Shown: positions 1 to 9,821 of the stretch, in pieces
Layout of the letters: every line of letters starts with the position of its first letter
How positions within the stretch are numbered: the stretch's first letter is position 1
IMG/VR virus record: IMGVR_UViG_3300009370_000003
Origin: a virus
Length of the DNA stretch: 64,000 nucleotides
Reading direction: 5' to 3' (one strand)
Program-made: the position numbers and the translations under genes
Notes under the pieces: generated by a model
Seen by the model: only the letters and a program-made list of their open reading frames with translations
Told to the model about the DNA's origin: nothing
Database searches by the model: none

Positions 1-685
1 CTACTGGAACTGTCTCGGTAGATACAGAAGTTGTTATTGGTTCCAACTCATCTTGCATTTGTTCTGAAACAGAAGGTTCAGGATTTACTGCTCTTGCTCT
101 CTCCCAAGCTTTACTTGGTGTAGATACAGTAGTTACAGCTGCAGCTGCCTTAGACTCGTCTAGTAATTCTTTAAGACTCTTCTGTTGTTCTGCATCTAAT
201 GGTTCTGCAGTCTCACCTTCTTGTAAACCAATCTGTCCGTCACCGTCTAGGTCGATATTAATACCATGTGATGCAAGGACAGCTTCTAATTGTCTTGCTC
301 TCTCTTCTGCATCTTTCCTTCGTTTCCTTTCTACATTACGAGCGTCTTGAAGGTCTTGTTGAACCCTTGCAATTTCCATTTGCTTTTGTTGATTATGCTC
401 TTCGGTTAACTGCACCATTCTGTTCTGTGCATTAGTTAACTGTACTTGATACTCATCTAACCCTTCCTTAAGTTCATTCCTTATTGTAATGAATGCGTCT
501 AGGTCTTCAATCTTAGTGGGTTTCTCTAAGGCTTGTTGCATTAATATCTGTGAAAACTGAGCGACAGCAGGGGTCACATTAACTCTAAAGTTTTTAATGC
601 GTTCTTGCAACCGTTCAAGTTCTGTGGGTTCGGGGGCAGCGAAAGTAGAGGTTCCTACTTCACTATTCAATTCATCTGTTGCCAT
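1..685 (-). CDS. partial acidic coiled-coil protein (3' end runs off the window; not in the ORF track)
   Basis: ATG at 685 with a GGAG SD and an upstream TAAATA late promoter; open to base 1 (MATDELNSEVGTSTFAAPEP...); contains a DLDGDG loop. Confidence 0.8.
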   Translation of the reverse strand, partial: MATDELNSEVGTSTFAAPEPTELERLQERIKNFRVNVTPAVAQFSQILMQQALEKPTKIEDLDAFITIRNELKEGLDEYQVQLTNAQNRMVQLTEEHNQQKQMEIARVQQDLQDARNVERKRRKDAEERARQLEAVLASHGINIDLDGDGQIGLQEGETAEPLDAEQQKSLKELLDESKAAAAVTTVSTPSKAWERARAVNPEPSVSEQMQDELEPITTSVSTETVPV

Positions 686-782
686 AATAATCTCCATGGA
701 GTCCTACACGACTATTATCGTTGATAAGCTTCTTTACAAGAAAGCTGTGCATTCTATGTATAGTCTCGGAGGACATAAGTAT

Positions 783-1292
783 TTAGTTAATAGTAAGGTC
801 TGGAAAGGCTTTTTCTACAACATCTTTTGTGATATTTTTGAATGGCCATTTACCGTCTTTTACCAACTCCATTAGTTCGGCTTCCTTGGTGGGGATACCT
901 TCTAATAATTCTATCCACATAGACTCTCTACGAGCTTGTGGGACTTGTTCTGTCACAAAATATTTAAACATTTTATGCTCGAACCGTAGACTTGTTTCAG
1001 TTAAATCTGAAGCAGGTGCTTCGTTCTTTCTATAAGGGGTCTCACCTTCGGGTAATGTGCTATTGATATTAGAATCAAAGTACCATTGCAATACTCTTTG
1101 CACTGCACCGTTCCTATCATTATACACTCTAATACCATGTGCAGCCTTATCAGGGTCTTCAACTAAGTTTGCTTGACATAGTATCTCATACACATCTGCG
1201 TCATTAGGAAGTCTAGTTCGTTCTGTGACTAACTCCATTAACGGCTTATTGGGTGAACCCTTTGGTCTACCTCTTCCTCTTTTTTCATTCAT
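783..1292 (-). CDS. conserved T4-like phage hypothetical protein with an N-terminal AT-hook-like motif
   Basis: KRGRGRPKGS start; LPEGETPY motif; ATGA overlap with rnh. Confidence 0.7.
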   Translation of the reverse strand: MNEKRGRGRPKGSPNKPLMELVTERTRLPNDADVYEILCQANLVEDPDKAAHGIRVYNDRNGAVQRVLQWYFDSNINSTLPEGETPYRKNEAPASDLTETSLRFEHKMFKYFVTEQVPQARRESMWIELLEGIPTKEAELMELVKDGKWPFKNITKDVVEKAFPDLTIN

Positions 1293-2140
1293 AATGTAAA
1301 ATCCTCTACATGATTTAATAACACATCTAATCTATGTGTTCTTAAGTAATCAAATACTTTACCTTTAACTGGTTCAACATTTGAATACTCATTTAATATT
1401 CTATCTGCCACCTCTTGTGGAATGAAATCAAAATCTATTAAAGTTTGATTTCTTAAATAGTTCCTATAGTATTTATCGTCATTTTTAATAGTGATTCTCA
1501 TATACTTTTCTAGTATAGGTTTCCTCATAGGGGTCTGCCTTATACCTTCGTCTAAACAATTATCATTAGATAATATGTTTGGTATACCGTCAGCTTTATC
1601 TCCCTTAAGTATATGTTCTTTTAAAAACTCTCCTGCGTCTAATGGTTCAACAAACTTATTAAGGTTAGGTGACCATTGTTTCACACTCTCATACCTTTGT
1701 AATTGTTGGAAGTCTTTATCTCCACTAACAATTAGTAAAGGGTTACCATTATCTATTATGTAATGGTGTTGTGTTAAGACTGCTATTATATCGTCTGCTT
1801 CACACCCTTCCACATACATATATTTATAGGGGAAATTTTCCTTGATTTCCATTTTAACTGTATGCAATGTATCAAAGATTAACTTCCAATCCCTATCGTC
1901 TTTGTCTCTAGCTTTCTTTCTGTTTGCTTTATATAATGGAAAGAAATCTCTTCTCCATGGATTCGGAGCGTCTGTGCATAGAACTATTTGACCATAGTCT
2001 GCTGAATATCGTTTTTGATAGTTCCTAACGGAATTCAGAATCATGTGTCTTAACAAGTCTTCTGATATTTCGCCTTCTGTTAGTTTTAATTGTGCCATGA
2101 GACCAGCAATGATGGTCTGCGTAAAATCTATTAGTATCAT
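1289..2140 (-). CDS. rnh: T4-type RNase H (5'-3' exonuclease/flap endonuclease)
   Basis: ILIDF, WRRDFFPLYKANR, EADDIIA, SGDKDFQQL and GDKADGIPN motifs. Confidence 0.95.
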   Translation of the reverse strand: MILIDFTQTIIAGLMAQLKLTEGEISEDLLRHMILNSVRNYQKRYSADYGQIVLCTDAPNPWRRDFFPLYKANRKKARDKDDRDWKLIFDTLHTVKMEIKENFPYKYMYVEGCEADDIIAVLTQHHYIIDNGNPLLIVSGDKDFQQLQRYESVKQWSPNLNKFVEPLDAGEFLKEHILKGDKADGIPNILSNDNCLDEGIRQTPMRKPILEKYMRITIKNDDKYYRNYLRNQTLIDFDFIPQEVADRILNEYSNVEPVKGKVFDYLRTHRLDVLLNHVEDFTL

Positions 2141-2856
2141 TTAATCACTTTTATTAATAATGTATTCTTGGTAATTAAGTCGTTTCCTTCTTTTGCTTTA
2201 GACCTAGGTATCTCGTCCATAAACCTTTGAGCAATAATATTACCACCTTCTATTAGTCTATCAAGTAAAGTCAAATCTGTCAAGGTCTTTTCTGTAATTT
2301 TATGGTATCCTGTTATACGACTTCTATTTACAGATAAATGACCAATAAACTCTGTTAGCTTCTTACTTGAAGTGTTGTAGGTGAATAGGTGTCTTGCCCT
2401 AGGTATCTCTACTGGGTCTATTGATTTATATTTGTCTTCCCATGTTTCTAGGTAAGGAAGTTTCTTTACTATCTGAGCTGGAGTTTTAATTCTAGGTTTA
2501 CGAACTGGTTTGTATTCTTCACAATACTTCTCTATGTCTGACTCTAATCCAGCTAGGAACTTAAGAACTTTCTTCTTGTGTGCCTTACTCATAAAACTAT
2601 ATGCTTCTTCTAACTGGTCACACTTTTCGTCATTCCTTATCTCGTCTGCCATTCCATTAGTAAACCCTTCCATGTATTTAACGACACGACTGCTATAGTC
2701 TAATTGACGGAGATACTTATACATGGAAAATGAATTCTTTTGGTTATCTATTACTTTATCAATCTCCATCTCAACTGGGTCTAGAGCGTCCAACGCCTTC
2801 AACCTCATTCTTTCTTGGATTGATACTTTAGGCTTTGTCTTCGTCTGTGTCGTCAT
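2137..2856 (-). CDS. conserved T4-like phage hypothetical protein
   Basis: 239-aa ORF tightly coupled to rnh; 'QLEEAYS' and 'YNTSSKKL' segments recur in marine T4-likes. Confidence 0.65.
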   Translation of the reverse strand: MTTQTKTKPKVSIQERMRLKALDALDPVEMEIDKVIDNQKNSFSMYKYLRQLDYSSRVVKYMEGFTNGMADEIRNDEKCDQLEEAYSFMSKAHKKKVLKFLAGLESDIEKYCEEYKPVRKPRIKTPAQIVKKLPYLETWEDKYKSIDPVEIPRARHLFTYNTSSKKLTEFIGHLSVNRSRITGYHKITEKTLTDLTLLDRLIEGGNIIAQRFMDEIPRSKAKEGNDLITKNTLLIKVIK

Positions 2857-4261
2857 GTTTATTAGTCAATAAGAACTTCCTAGTAGGATTAATCATTAGA
2901 TTAGCTCTTCCCATAAAATCTCTATTCGCTAAAAAAGGAATCTTCCCTCTTTGGTCTAGACTTACTTCTTGTTCATATATAGTATTTAAGAAGTTTAATT
3001 CACACTTGACTATTGGTCTTTCTTCTGCTGGTTTTAATAGAGTTACCATTCTAACTAAAGGTTTCTTATATGTTTTACCATTCCGTTTGTAGTGAACAAC
3101 CTTGCCTTTGACCTCATGAGAGTCCGCGTGTAATGCACAAACACTCGTGTTGTTACCTGTGTCCAGTTTAACTGTCATAGCTTCTCCATCGACTTCTATG
3201 GTCTCTAGAACACCACATTCAGTTGCACTCTTTCTCCATGTCTCTCTGTCAAAGAAATCTTCTATAATTGTTTCACAAACTTCATCACCTAACACTTCGG
3301 ATATTCCTTGGGTGCCCGGCGAATGGTTTACCTCTAGCATGAACGGGTCTTCCTTCTCTCTGTTTCCAGCTGGGATAAAATCTACTCCTACCCATTGACC
3401 ACCTACAGCTTTTGCAGCTCGTAGACATGCTTCTTGTTCGATATCGGTTAGTTCAATCTCTTCGGCGTCTGCACCTTGAGATATGTTTGAACGAAAATCG
3501 TCAATGATTTTTTTCCTCTTCATTGCACCAATGACTTTCTTATTGTTAATCATGACACGGACATCATATTCCATATCAATATACTCTTGCAAAAGAATAT
3601 CACAAGTCGGGTCAATCTTATAGACAAGACTAACGGTAGACTGTAATGACCTTTCGGTTTCTACTAATAGAACTCCAACTCCTTTTGCACCCTGTAATGT
3701 TTTTAACACCATAGGGAATTCATTATCTAATGTTTCAGCTGCACGCTGAACTGTCTCATTCTCTTCATTAGGTATCAACACTGTTCTCGGTTGATTCATT
3801 CCTATCTCTTGAAGTCTTAAGTAAGTTCTAAACTTATCTGAACATACCTCAATACATTCTCTTGAGTTTACAACTGGGAATCCATATCTTTCTAATTGGG
3901 ATATTAAATCAAGATAAGAATCTTTAGATACTACTGCACCTCTAACTATAACCAAAGTATCAGCGTCCATAACAAATCCTTTTTCATCGTCCTCGTTGTG
4001 GATTGTTATAACACCGTCATCGGTTCGCTCCAAGTATGCACCATTAATCTTACACGAGTAAACCTCAATCTTATTTTCTTTTGCAATGTTATATAACTTA
4101 CTGGAAGTGGATAAAGGTTTCTTAACTACGGGTTTGTCTGAGTTCTTCTTTTTCTTCTTGACCATGCGTCGTTCAGCAATGACAACTAACCTATACGGTT
4201 TGTCATTACCTTTCGCCTCTGTTAGGAGTTCGTTAAACGACTTCATTTTATTGTTCCTCAT
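2828..4261 (-). CDS. RimK-family ATP-grasp ligase fused to a C-terminal aspartic/RimB-like protease domain (probable start MKSF at ~4246)
   Basis: DKFRTY, PMVLKTLQGAKGVGV, QEYI, FRSNISQG, GVDFI and LEVNHSPG; C-terminal KLDTGN. Confidence 0.85.
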   Translation of the reverse strand: MRNNKMKSFNELLTEAKGNDKPYRLVVIAERRMVKKKKKNSDKPVVKKPLSTSSKLYNIAKENKIEVYSCKINGAYLERTDDGVITIHNEDDEKGFVMDADTLVIVRGAVVSKDSYLDLISQLERYGFPVVNSRECIEVCSDKFRTYLRLQEIGMNQPRTVLIPNEENETVQRAAETLDNEFPMVLKTLQGAKGVGVLLVETERSLQSTVSLVYKIDPTCDILLQEYIDMEYDVRVMINNKKVIGAMKRKKIIDDFRSNISQGADAEEIELTDIEQEACLRAAKAVGGQWVGVDFIPAGNREKEDPFMLEVNHSPGTQGISEVLGDEVCETIIEDFFDRETWRKSATECGVLETIEVDGEAMTVKLDTGNNTSVCALHADSHEVKGKVVHYKRNGKTYKKPLVRMVTLLKPAEERPIVKCELNFLNTIYEQEVSLDQRGKIPFLANRDFMGRANLMINPTRKFLLTNKHDDTDEDKA

Positions 4262-4878
4262 TCGGAGTTGCCCACTGGAATTATATTTCCTGCGACACTT
4301 ATTCTTTCTTTATCTGTCTCATAGTGTGGAAAGACAAAGTGTTGAAGCCATGAAGGGAACATTATTATTTGTCCTCTTTCTGGCCAGTGATTAAATTGAC
4401 TCCAATTCATGTATTGTTCTTCACCATATCTTAATTGTAAGTGACCTGCTAGTTCCGTGTTTCTTGCATTGTCGAACTTATTATTTATGGTTTCTGCCCT
4501 GCTTAATTCATTTTTAATATAAATTACAAATGAGAACATACCAGTATGAGCATGTGCTGGATTGAATTCCATATACCTTTGTATGTTAACCCACAATGCA
4601 TCTATCTCAACTCTATCTGTTTCAGTCGGTCGCGCACCAGTGTCATAATAGAGTTGATTAACATGCTGAAGGATATGTCCTTTACATGCATCACTGGTTA
4701 AAGGAAGAATTTGATATTGGTCATCTATCCTTCCAGCAAGACCTTCTCTCATTGAGAATGACTCGTCATTGGTTGCAGTCTCAATGGACTGTTCCATTTC
4801 TTCAATATACTTGGGGTCTATCTGACTAATATAAACGGGTGGGCCGAAAGGGAATAGGGTGCTGAGTTCTTGATTCAT
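4258..4878 (-). CDS. 2OG-Fe(II) oxygenase-like protein
   Basis: WVNIQ..EFNPAHAH...FPSWLQHFV...RISVAGN. Confidence 0.85.
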   Translation of the reverse strand: MNQELSTLFPFGPPVYISQIDPKYIEEMEQSIETATNDESFSMREGLAGRIDDQYQILPLTSDACKGHILQHVNQLYYDTGARPTETDRVEIDALWVNIQRYMEFNPAHAHTGMFSFVIYIKNELSRAETINNKFDNARNTELAGHLQLRYGEEQYMNWSQFNHWPERGQIIMFPSWLQHFVFPHYETDKERISVAGNIIPVGNSE

Positions 4879-5204
4879 TTAACTAACTTAACAAATGCTT
4901 CTGCGTCTACTACGACTAATGGTTTACTTCTGTTTCTTTTAATCACTACCACTGGTTCATAACCTTTACAGTTCTGTTCTGCTTGTTCATAGGCTGCCCA
5001 TACATTAACCTTCTCTTGGTTCTTACATTCTACACTATACGGGAATATCTGTCTAGACTGTTTCCCTAAGATAATGTCTTCACCTTGGGAACCCATAGGT
5101 CGGGATTCTAAATCTTCTTCGTCTAAGCCTAGTTGTTCTACCAGCAACTTAGCAAACCACTGTTGTAGTTTTCTTCCTTTAGCCTTTGCTGATGAGGTTT
5201 TCAT
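4875..5204 (-). CDS. PD-(D/E)XK endonuclease / Holliday-junction resolvase-like protein
   Basis: KAKGR..QQW, GEDI and SVECKNQE motifs. Confidence 0.75.
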   Translation of the reverse strand: MKTSSAKAKGRKLQQWFAKLLVEQLGLDEEDLESRPMGSQGEDIILGKQSRQIFPYSVECKNQEKVNVWAAYEQAEQNCKGYEPVVVIKRNRSKPLVVVDAEAFVKLVK

Positions 5205-5547
5205 AATTATTCACTGCATTCATATCAAAATTTATACTCACTCCACAACCACAAGAACTTTCTTCTTTGGGGTTAATGAATTTAAAAAACTCGTTAAGTC
5301 CTTCTTTAACCCAATCGATTGTCATTCCACTTATGTAAGGAACGGACTGTGGGTCTACTGCAAATTTAATCTTACCGTAGTCTACTACTAACTCGTCGCT
5401 AGATATGTCAGTAGCAGAATCAAACACATACTCAAGCCCAGCGCAACCGCCCCCCGTGACTCCGAGCTTAATGTATTCAAACTTCTCTGCACTTCTCTTC
5501 TCCAAGAGTTTATTAATTGCTTCATCGGTTATCTCTATTGTTAACAT
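5179..5547 (-). CDS. iscA: A-type iron-sulfur cluster carrier (IscA/HesB family)
   Basis: GGGCAGLEY and SSCGCGVS motifs. Confidence 0.9.
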   Translation of the reverse strand: MLTIEITDEAINKLLEKRSAEKFEYIKLGVTGGGCAGLEYVFDSATDISSDELVVDYGKIKFAVDPQSVPYISGMTIDWVKEGLNEFFKFINPKEESSCGCGVSINFDMNAVNNYENLISKG

Positions 5548-5555
5548 ACCTATAT

Positions 5556-6194
5556 TTATATTAAGTCTCTGTTACTCTCGGCATTATCTACCTTAACTGT
5601 CTTGCAGTTAATCAGGCCCCAAGGGATTTCTATCTCTTGGTCTTCGGGAATATAAAGTTGATTGATTTCTGAATTGTTGCATGTATGGATTGCGTCATAG
5701 ATTGTTTCTACGATAGGTTCTCCATGCAAATTAAAAGAAGTATTAAAGACAATAGGAGTTCCATTCCTTTCTCCTAATGCTTTGATAAGGTCATAATAGT
5801 TTTTGTTTTGTTCTCTGTTAACTGTCTGTATCCTACAGGTGTTATCGGTATGAACTAATGAGGGTATCTCCTCTAATGCTTTCTCGGTGCATTGTAAAGC
5901 AAATGACATATAAGGACTAGACTTTAATTGTCCTAGGTGAACATACTCATGTGCATGTTCTTCTAAGATAGTGCAAGCAAACGGTCTGTAGTATTCTCTC
6001 TTCTTAACTTCATTAACTATATCCTTTGCATCAGAATTAGTTGGGTCAAAGAGTATAGACCTATTCCCTAATGCACGAGGGCCCCATTCAGATTCCCCTT
6101 GGAACATTCCAAAGATTTGTTGCTTGTCTACTAGCAAATCTATAACTGTATCTAAGTCTCGGTGAATGTCTGTTGATATGTATTGACCACTCAT
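5556..6194 (-). CDS. carbamoyltransferase C-terminal (YrdC-like) domain
   Basis: GPRALGNRSIL, KREYYRPFA, HTDNTCRIQTV and NTSFN motifs. Confidence 0.92.
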   Translation of the reverse strand: MSGQYISTDIHRDLDTVIDLLVDKQQIFGMFQGESEWGPRALGNRSILFDPTNSDAKDIVNEVKKREYYRPFACTILEEHAHEYVHLGQLKSSPYMSFALQCTEKALEEIPSLVHTDNTCRIQTVNREQNKNYYDLIKALGERNGTPIVFNTSFNLHGEPIVETIYDAIHTCNNSEINQLYIPEDQEIEIPWGLINCKTVKVDNAESNRDLI

Positions 6195-7399
6195 AGCTCT
6201 TCTCCTAAATTCAATGAACGAGCTAATCTAATTGCAGAACCTATTGCTGTTCCAGCGTCATTTGCAACTGGGTCAACAAAGAATTGATAGTCAGGGAAAG
6301 CGTCTAGATACTTTGCATTGTTCGTGCAGTTCAACGCATACCCACCACTCAACAAAATGTTTTTGCAGTCGGGGTTATTATCTATTCCTTTCTGTATTAA
6401 CTTACAAGTTAAATCATATGAATTCTGTTCTATAAGATTGCACATGGAATGTATTGAGATATCAGGATAGTCACTATCCTTTTGGTATTCGTGTATTGCA
6501 GCTGCACCCATAACTTTACCTGCGGAGCGACCTAACTTATCAAATCCAAAATACATAGAAGCAGCTGAGAAGTTCATACCATTACTTGGTGCAGAACTAA
6601 TCACTATCTCTGCGTCTAATCCTTCTAAAGTAAGTTCGGGTGTATAGGTTAAAGCATGCTTCATTTCATTAGGGAAACACCTGTTAGTCAGCTGATCTAG
6701 TGACCTCATATTACTTAGTCGCTGGTATTGCAACTTGGGGTGTTTAAAAGGACTGCACAAATAGATACTCTCTACTTCTTGATAGTTCGGATAATCTTTA
6801 TGGAATCGACATGCACCACCACCGTCTTGAACGATACAGATAGCTTCCTCTTCTTCCTCAAAGTATTCACTAAAGTAATACCCACACTCTGCATGATAGA
6901 TATGGTGTTCTATCTCATAGTGGAATTCCTCTAGACCTAATTGCTTTGCAACAGTTGCGTGCATGTCATCGTCGCGAGGCGAATCGGTATAGGAGTGTTC
7001 AACCCCGTTATACTTAAAGACTGGTTTGCTCTCAATGTTCTCACCCCACTCCCCGAAGTGTTCTTTATACTTCTCTTTGATTGCTTGTATGCGCTCATAG
7101 CTGAGTTGTTCTTCTTTACAGAACTCTAGGATTTCTCTTTGTAGCTTTCTATTCTTTTGAGAGAGATTTTCAAATCCCCAATCATATATCCTGCGGTCAA
7201 ACGAAGCACCAATGAAATGGTCGGGTTGTTCAATGTTTTTACTCTCTATGATATGAGAGTGCATGTGACTGTCGTCAGGACTGTAATGCTTTGCTCTACG
7301 AAATCTATCTTCGTAGTATAAGAAATCTACTTCCCACTTGTCAGTATCAAACTGTGCAAGGGAAGTGTCATGACTCGAATTGTATCCAATGATTTTCAT
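6191..7399 (-). CDS. carbamoyltransferase N-terminal (Kae1-like) domain
   Basis: HDTS, EDRF.R.KH, HHIYHA, DGGG, GKVMG, SGGYALNC and DAGTAIG motifs. Confidence 0.88.
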   Translation of the reverse strand: MKIIGYNSSHDTSLAQFDTDKWEVDFLYYEDRFRRAKHYSPDDSHMHSHIIESKNIEQPDHFIGASFDRRIYDWGFENLSQKNRKLQREILEFCKEEQLSYERIQAIKEKYKEHFGEWGENIESKPVFKYNGVEHSYTDSPRDDDMHATVAKQLGLEEFHYEIEHHIYHAECGYYFSEYFEEEEEAICIVQDGGGACRFHKDYPNYQEVESIYLCSPFKHPKLQYQRLSNMRSLDQLTNRCFPNEMKHALTYTPELTLEGLDAEIVISSAPSNGMNFSAASMYFGFDKLGRSAGKVMGAAAIHEYQKDSDYPDISIHSMCNLIEQNSYDLTCKLIQKGIDNNPDCKNILLSGGYALNCTNNAKYLDAFPDYQFFVDPVANDAGTAIGSAIRLARSLNLGEEL

Positions 7400-7485
7400 A
7401 ATATAATTTATCTGATTGTCTTATCTTTTTATTTGATAATCGTTTGTTTGCTTTCTTCTCTTTCCTTGAGAGACTATGTATGGTT

Positions 7486-7692
7486 TTAACTTTTGTCTTT
7501 TGGCTCATTTCTTTTATCAAAGGACGACTTTATTTTATACACCTGTTCAAGTTTGTCTTGCGTGATTAAATCACGGTCAAGGAAATCTTCAACCATTTGT
7601 CGTCTCCCATTCTTCTCACCGCTACGGAATACGAAGTAAACCAAGCCAATGACATATGCAATGTGTATCCATATTAAGTTCTCTTCCATCAT
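7486..7692 (-). CDS. small membrane protein
   Basis: one N-terminal TM segment; TATAAATA at 7694-7701 upstream. Confidence 0.6.
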   Translation of the reverse strand: MMEENLIWIHIAYVIGLVYFVFRSGEKNGRRQMVEDFLDRDLITQDKLEQVYKIKSSFDKRNEPKDKS

Positions 7693-7696
7693 GTAT

Positions 7697-8338
7697 TTAT
7701 ACTTTTCTAATTGCTCTCATTCTTTGCAAGGGCATAGGCTCACCTGAAATTCTATGAAAGAACATAACCAATGTTAATCTATCCTCTTCATCTTCTCTTT
7801 CAAAGCTGTTCGCACTATGATGAATATTTCCATTAAACAATAGGAATCTATTATATATTCCCTTTACATCTAATTCTTTTTGAAATGAGCTGTTGAATTC
7901 TTCTTGGACTTTCTTGTCTTGCTCAGTCAGATACCCTCTAAGATTAGCTTTCATTTTTATCTCGAAGGGGTCGGGGTCTCGATTAAATTCATGAGTTCTT
8001 TTATATAATGAAGTGCCCGCATTATCATTTAAGTAGAGTATGCCCGTGGCGAAGCAGTTGTCGTGGTGAACCCAACCATGGTGCAACTTCGATGGAACTC
8101 TTTGAACTTGCATAGAGCAGTCAACCTCTCCATCTAGGACATCATGAATAGAATGAAAGAGTGCCATAATTCTTGTGGCAATATTATCATACAGTGGAAA
8201 TGCAACCTCATGAAGCTTATCACTTCTTCTGCCGGGCCACAATCCTTTTGGGCAAGGACGATAATCTAATCTATTAGCGAACTCCACAAAGTGCTGTGGC
8301 TCATCTAAAAAATTATCTACTATCGTTATCGGTATCAC
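7697..8338 (-). CDS. 2OG-Fe(II) oxygenase-like protein
   Basis: IVDNFLD, WPGRRS, GWVHHD, ILYLN, YNRFLLF...HSA and RLTLVMF. Confidence 0.8.
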   Translation of the reverse strand: MIPITIVDNFLDEPQHFVEFANRLDYRPCPKGLWPGRRSDKLHEVAFPLYDNIATRIMALFHSIHDVLDGEVDCSMQVQRVPSKLHHGWVHHDNCFATGILYLNDNAGTSLYKRTHEFNRDPDPFEIKMKANLRGYLTEQDKKVQEEFNSSFQKELDVKGIYNRFLLFNGNIHHSANSFEREDEEDRLTLVMFFHRISGEPMPLQRMRAIRKV

Positions 8339-8535
8339 TGTTTGTGTTTGTATGTGCGGGTCTTTTTAATTGGGCTTCTTATGCTATACCCAAAGTCAAA
8401 GAGCCTATCCCATTCCTGTATGGCCTTGTATATAATATACCCAAGGAGATACCAAGCACCCAAAGAGATTACCCACTTAAAGGCAAACCCAAGAACGGTG
8501 TAAGGGAATAAGATTATTGATTCAATTAATTCCAT
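8335..8535 (-). CDS. small membrane protein
   Basis: hydrophobic 66-aa ORF coupled to the next gene. Confidence 0.5.
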   Translation of the reverse strand: MELIESIILFPYTVLGFAFKWVISLGAWYLLGYIIYKAIQEWDRLFDFGYSIRSPIKKTRTYKHKQ

Positions 8536-8810
8536 GATTCTACTATTGCTTCGACTTGTGATTGCTTATACCATACACCTGAAAATATCCAAGTCGACTG
8601 AGACTTATCAGGCAGTAGAGGTTCAACTACGAACCTCGGTGTTCCAGCAGGACTTCTGTCCTTGCATATTCTGTAATTATTTATTGCAGTGAGGAATACT
8701 CTCATATTAAAACGGCCAGTCCTTAAATCCCGTAGTCGCCCAATAGACTAATACGGAAACGGTAGCCGTGAATAAGACTGCTCCTAGCACTGCAAAGATA
8801 TAGACTAAAT

Positions 8811-9071
8811 CTAATTCCATTGTGCTTCCTTTATTTCTTGTAAATACTTTTCGACATTATCCCATGTTAAATGCCCAATGACATCTTGAGTAATCGGCGT
8901 ATGATAAGTTATCTCGTCTTCTGTATCTAGAACTGCCAACTCCCATAGGCCGTCTGTCCCACCGTAACTATACTCGTGCTTGATTACACTTGCACCATAA
9001 CCATTGGGAAACTTATAGGTGTGCTGAACCCCGCCGTGGTAATAATTGGTTTCCTTCAAAAACTCTCTCAC
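8811..9071 (-). CDS. conserved phage hypothetical protein
   Basis: [10 protein letters not shown]...[12 protein letters not shown]...DVIG motif common in phages. Confidence 0.75.
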   Translation of the reverse strand: MREFLKETNYYHGGVQHTYKFPNGYGASVIKHEYSYGGTDGLWELAVLDTEDEITYHTPITQDVIGHLTWDNVEKYLQEIKEAQWN

Positions 9072-9208
9072 TATCTTAACCTCTCTTCTAGAATTTTAAT
9101 ATCCTTTAGCTCTCTCTTGTTCGGTTCTTTAATTGTTTTTAATCGGTCAAGAGCTCTCTGTCTTCTAGACCTAATGTTTTTATTTCTCCACGCTCTTACA
9201 CCCATATT

Positions 9209-9370
9209 TTAACTCCATTGACCTGAATGGTCTTCTCGTTCACCACAATGTGGACAATATAACTTATACGGTTTCCATTCGTCCATAACTGCAATGCTCC
9301 AAAACCCATTGCACTCTGAGCAAGTGAAATGCCAGATGATTTCTTTATTGGGCTGAGGTTTATTAATCAT
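9209..9370 (-). CDS. small zinc-ribbon protein (53 aa, not in the track)
   Basis: manual translation: ...HFTCSECNGFWS...YCPHCGE. Confidence 0.6.
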   Translation of the reverse strand: MINKPQPNKEIIWHFTCSECNGFWSIAVMDEWKPYKLYCPHCGEREDHSGQWS

Positions 9371-9572
9371 GGATAGGTAAACTTATATATTCGCAATAAA
9401 CATTCTTGTCGTCACAAATTAAAACATTCGTCATTAGTTTGCAATCCTCAAGTGTCCCGCTCTGGTCGCACCTGAGTTTAACTAGGTTGTCTCGTGGATA
9501 GACTGTAAGACCAGCACAACTCTGTAGTAGTAGCAGTAGAGTGAAGATTATCATTATCGCTGGGTATTTCAT
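9363..9572 (-). CDS. putative lipoprotein
   Basis: LLQSC lipobox after a hydrophobic stretch; GGAGG SD. Confidence 0.55.
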   Translation of the reverse strand: MKYPAIMIIFTLLLLLQSCAGLTVYPRDNLVKLRCDQSGTLEDCKLMTNVLICDDKNVYCEYISLPIHD

Positions 9573-9821
9573 ACGGAGCCTCCGTCATTATCATTATTAT
9601 TTAGATAGATTATAACCATCATTACTATTACCAACAGTGCTATTAAAGTATTCATACTCGTTGCGACCAATCCTCACTGAATAAACATAACCTTTCTTGA
9701 CCGTCACATGTCTCATAGACAAACTGACTGGATAATATTTGTGTCACCTTTCCCGTGTGTTCTCTGTCAAAGTAAGGTTCTCTGTGAATTATCTTATCAC
9801 CTACGCTCGGGAACTTTGGCT

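Noticed and set aside
6191-6194. Carbamoyltransferase split read as a pseudogene or frameshift
   Set aside because: The break falls at the domain boundary with an ATGA overlap and an SD, and both halves keep their motifs.
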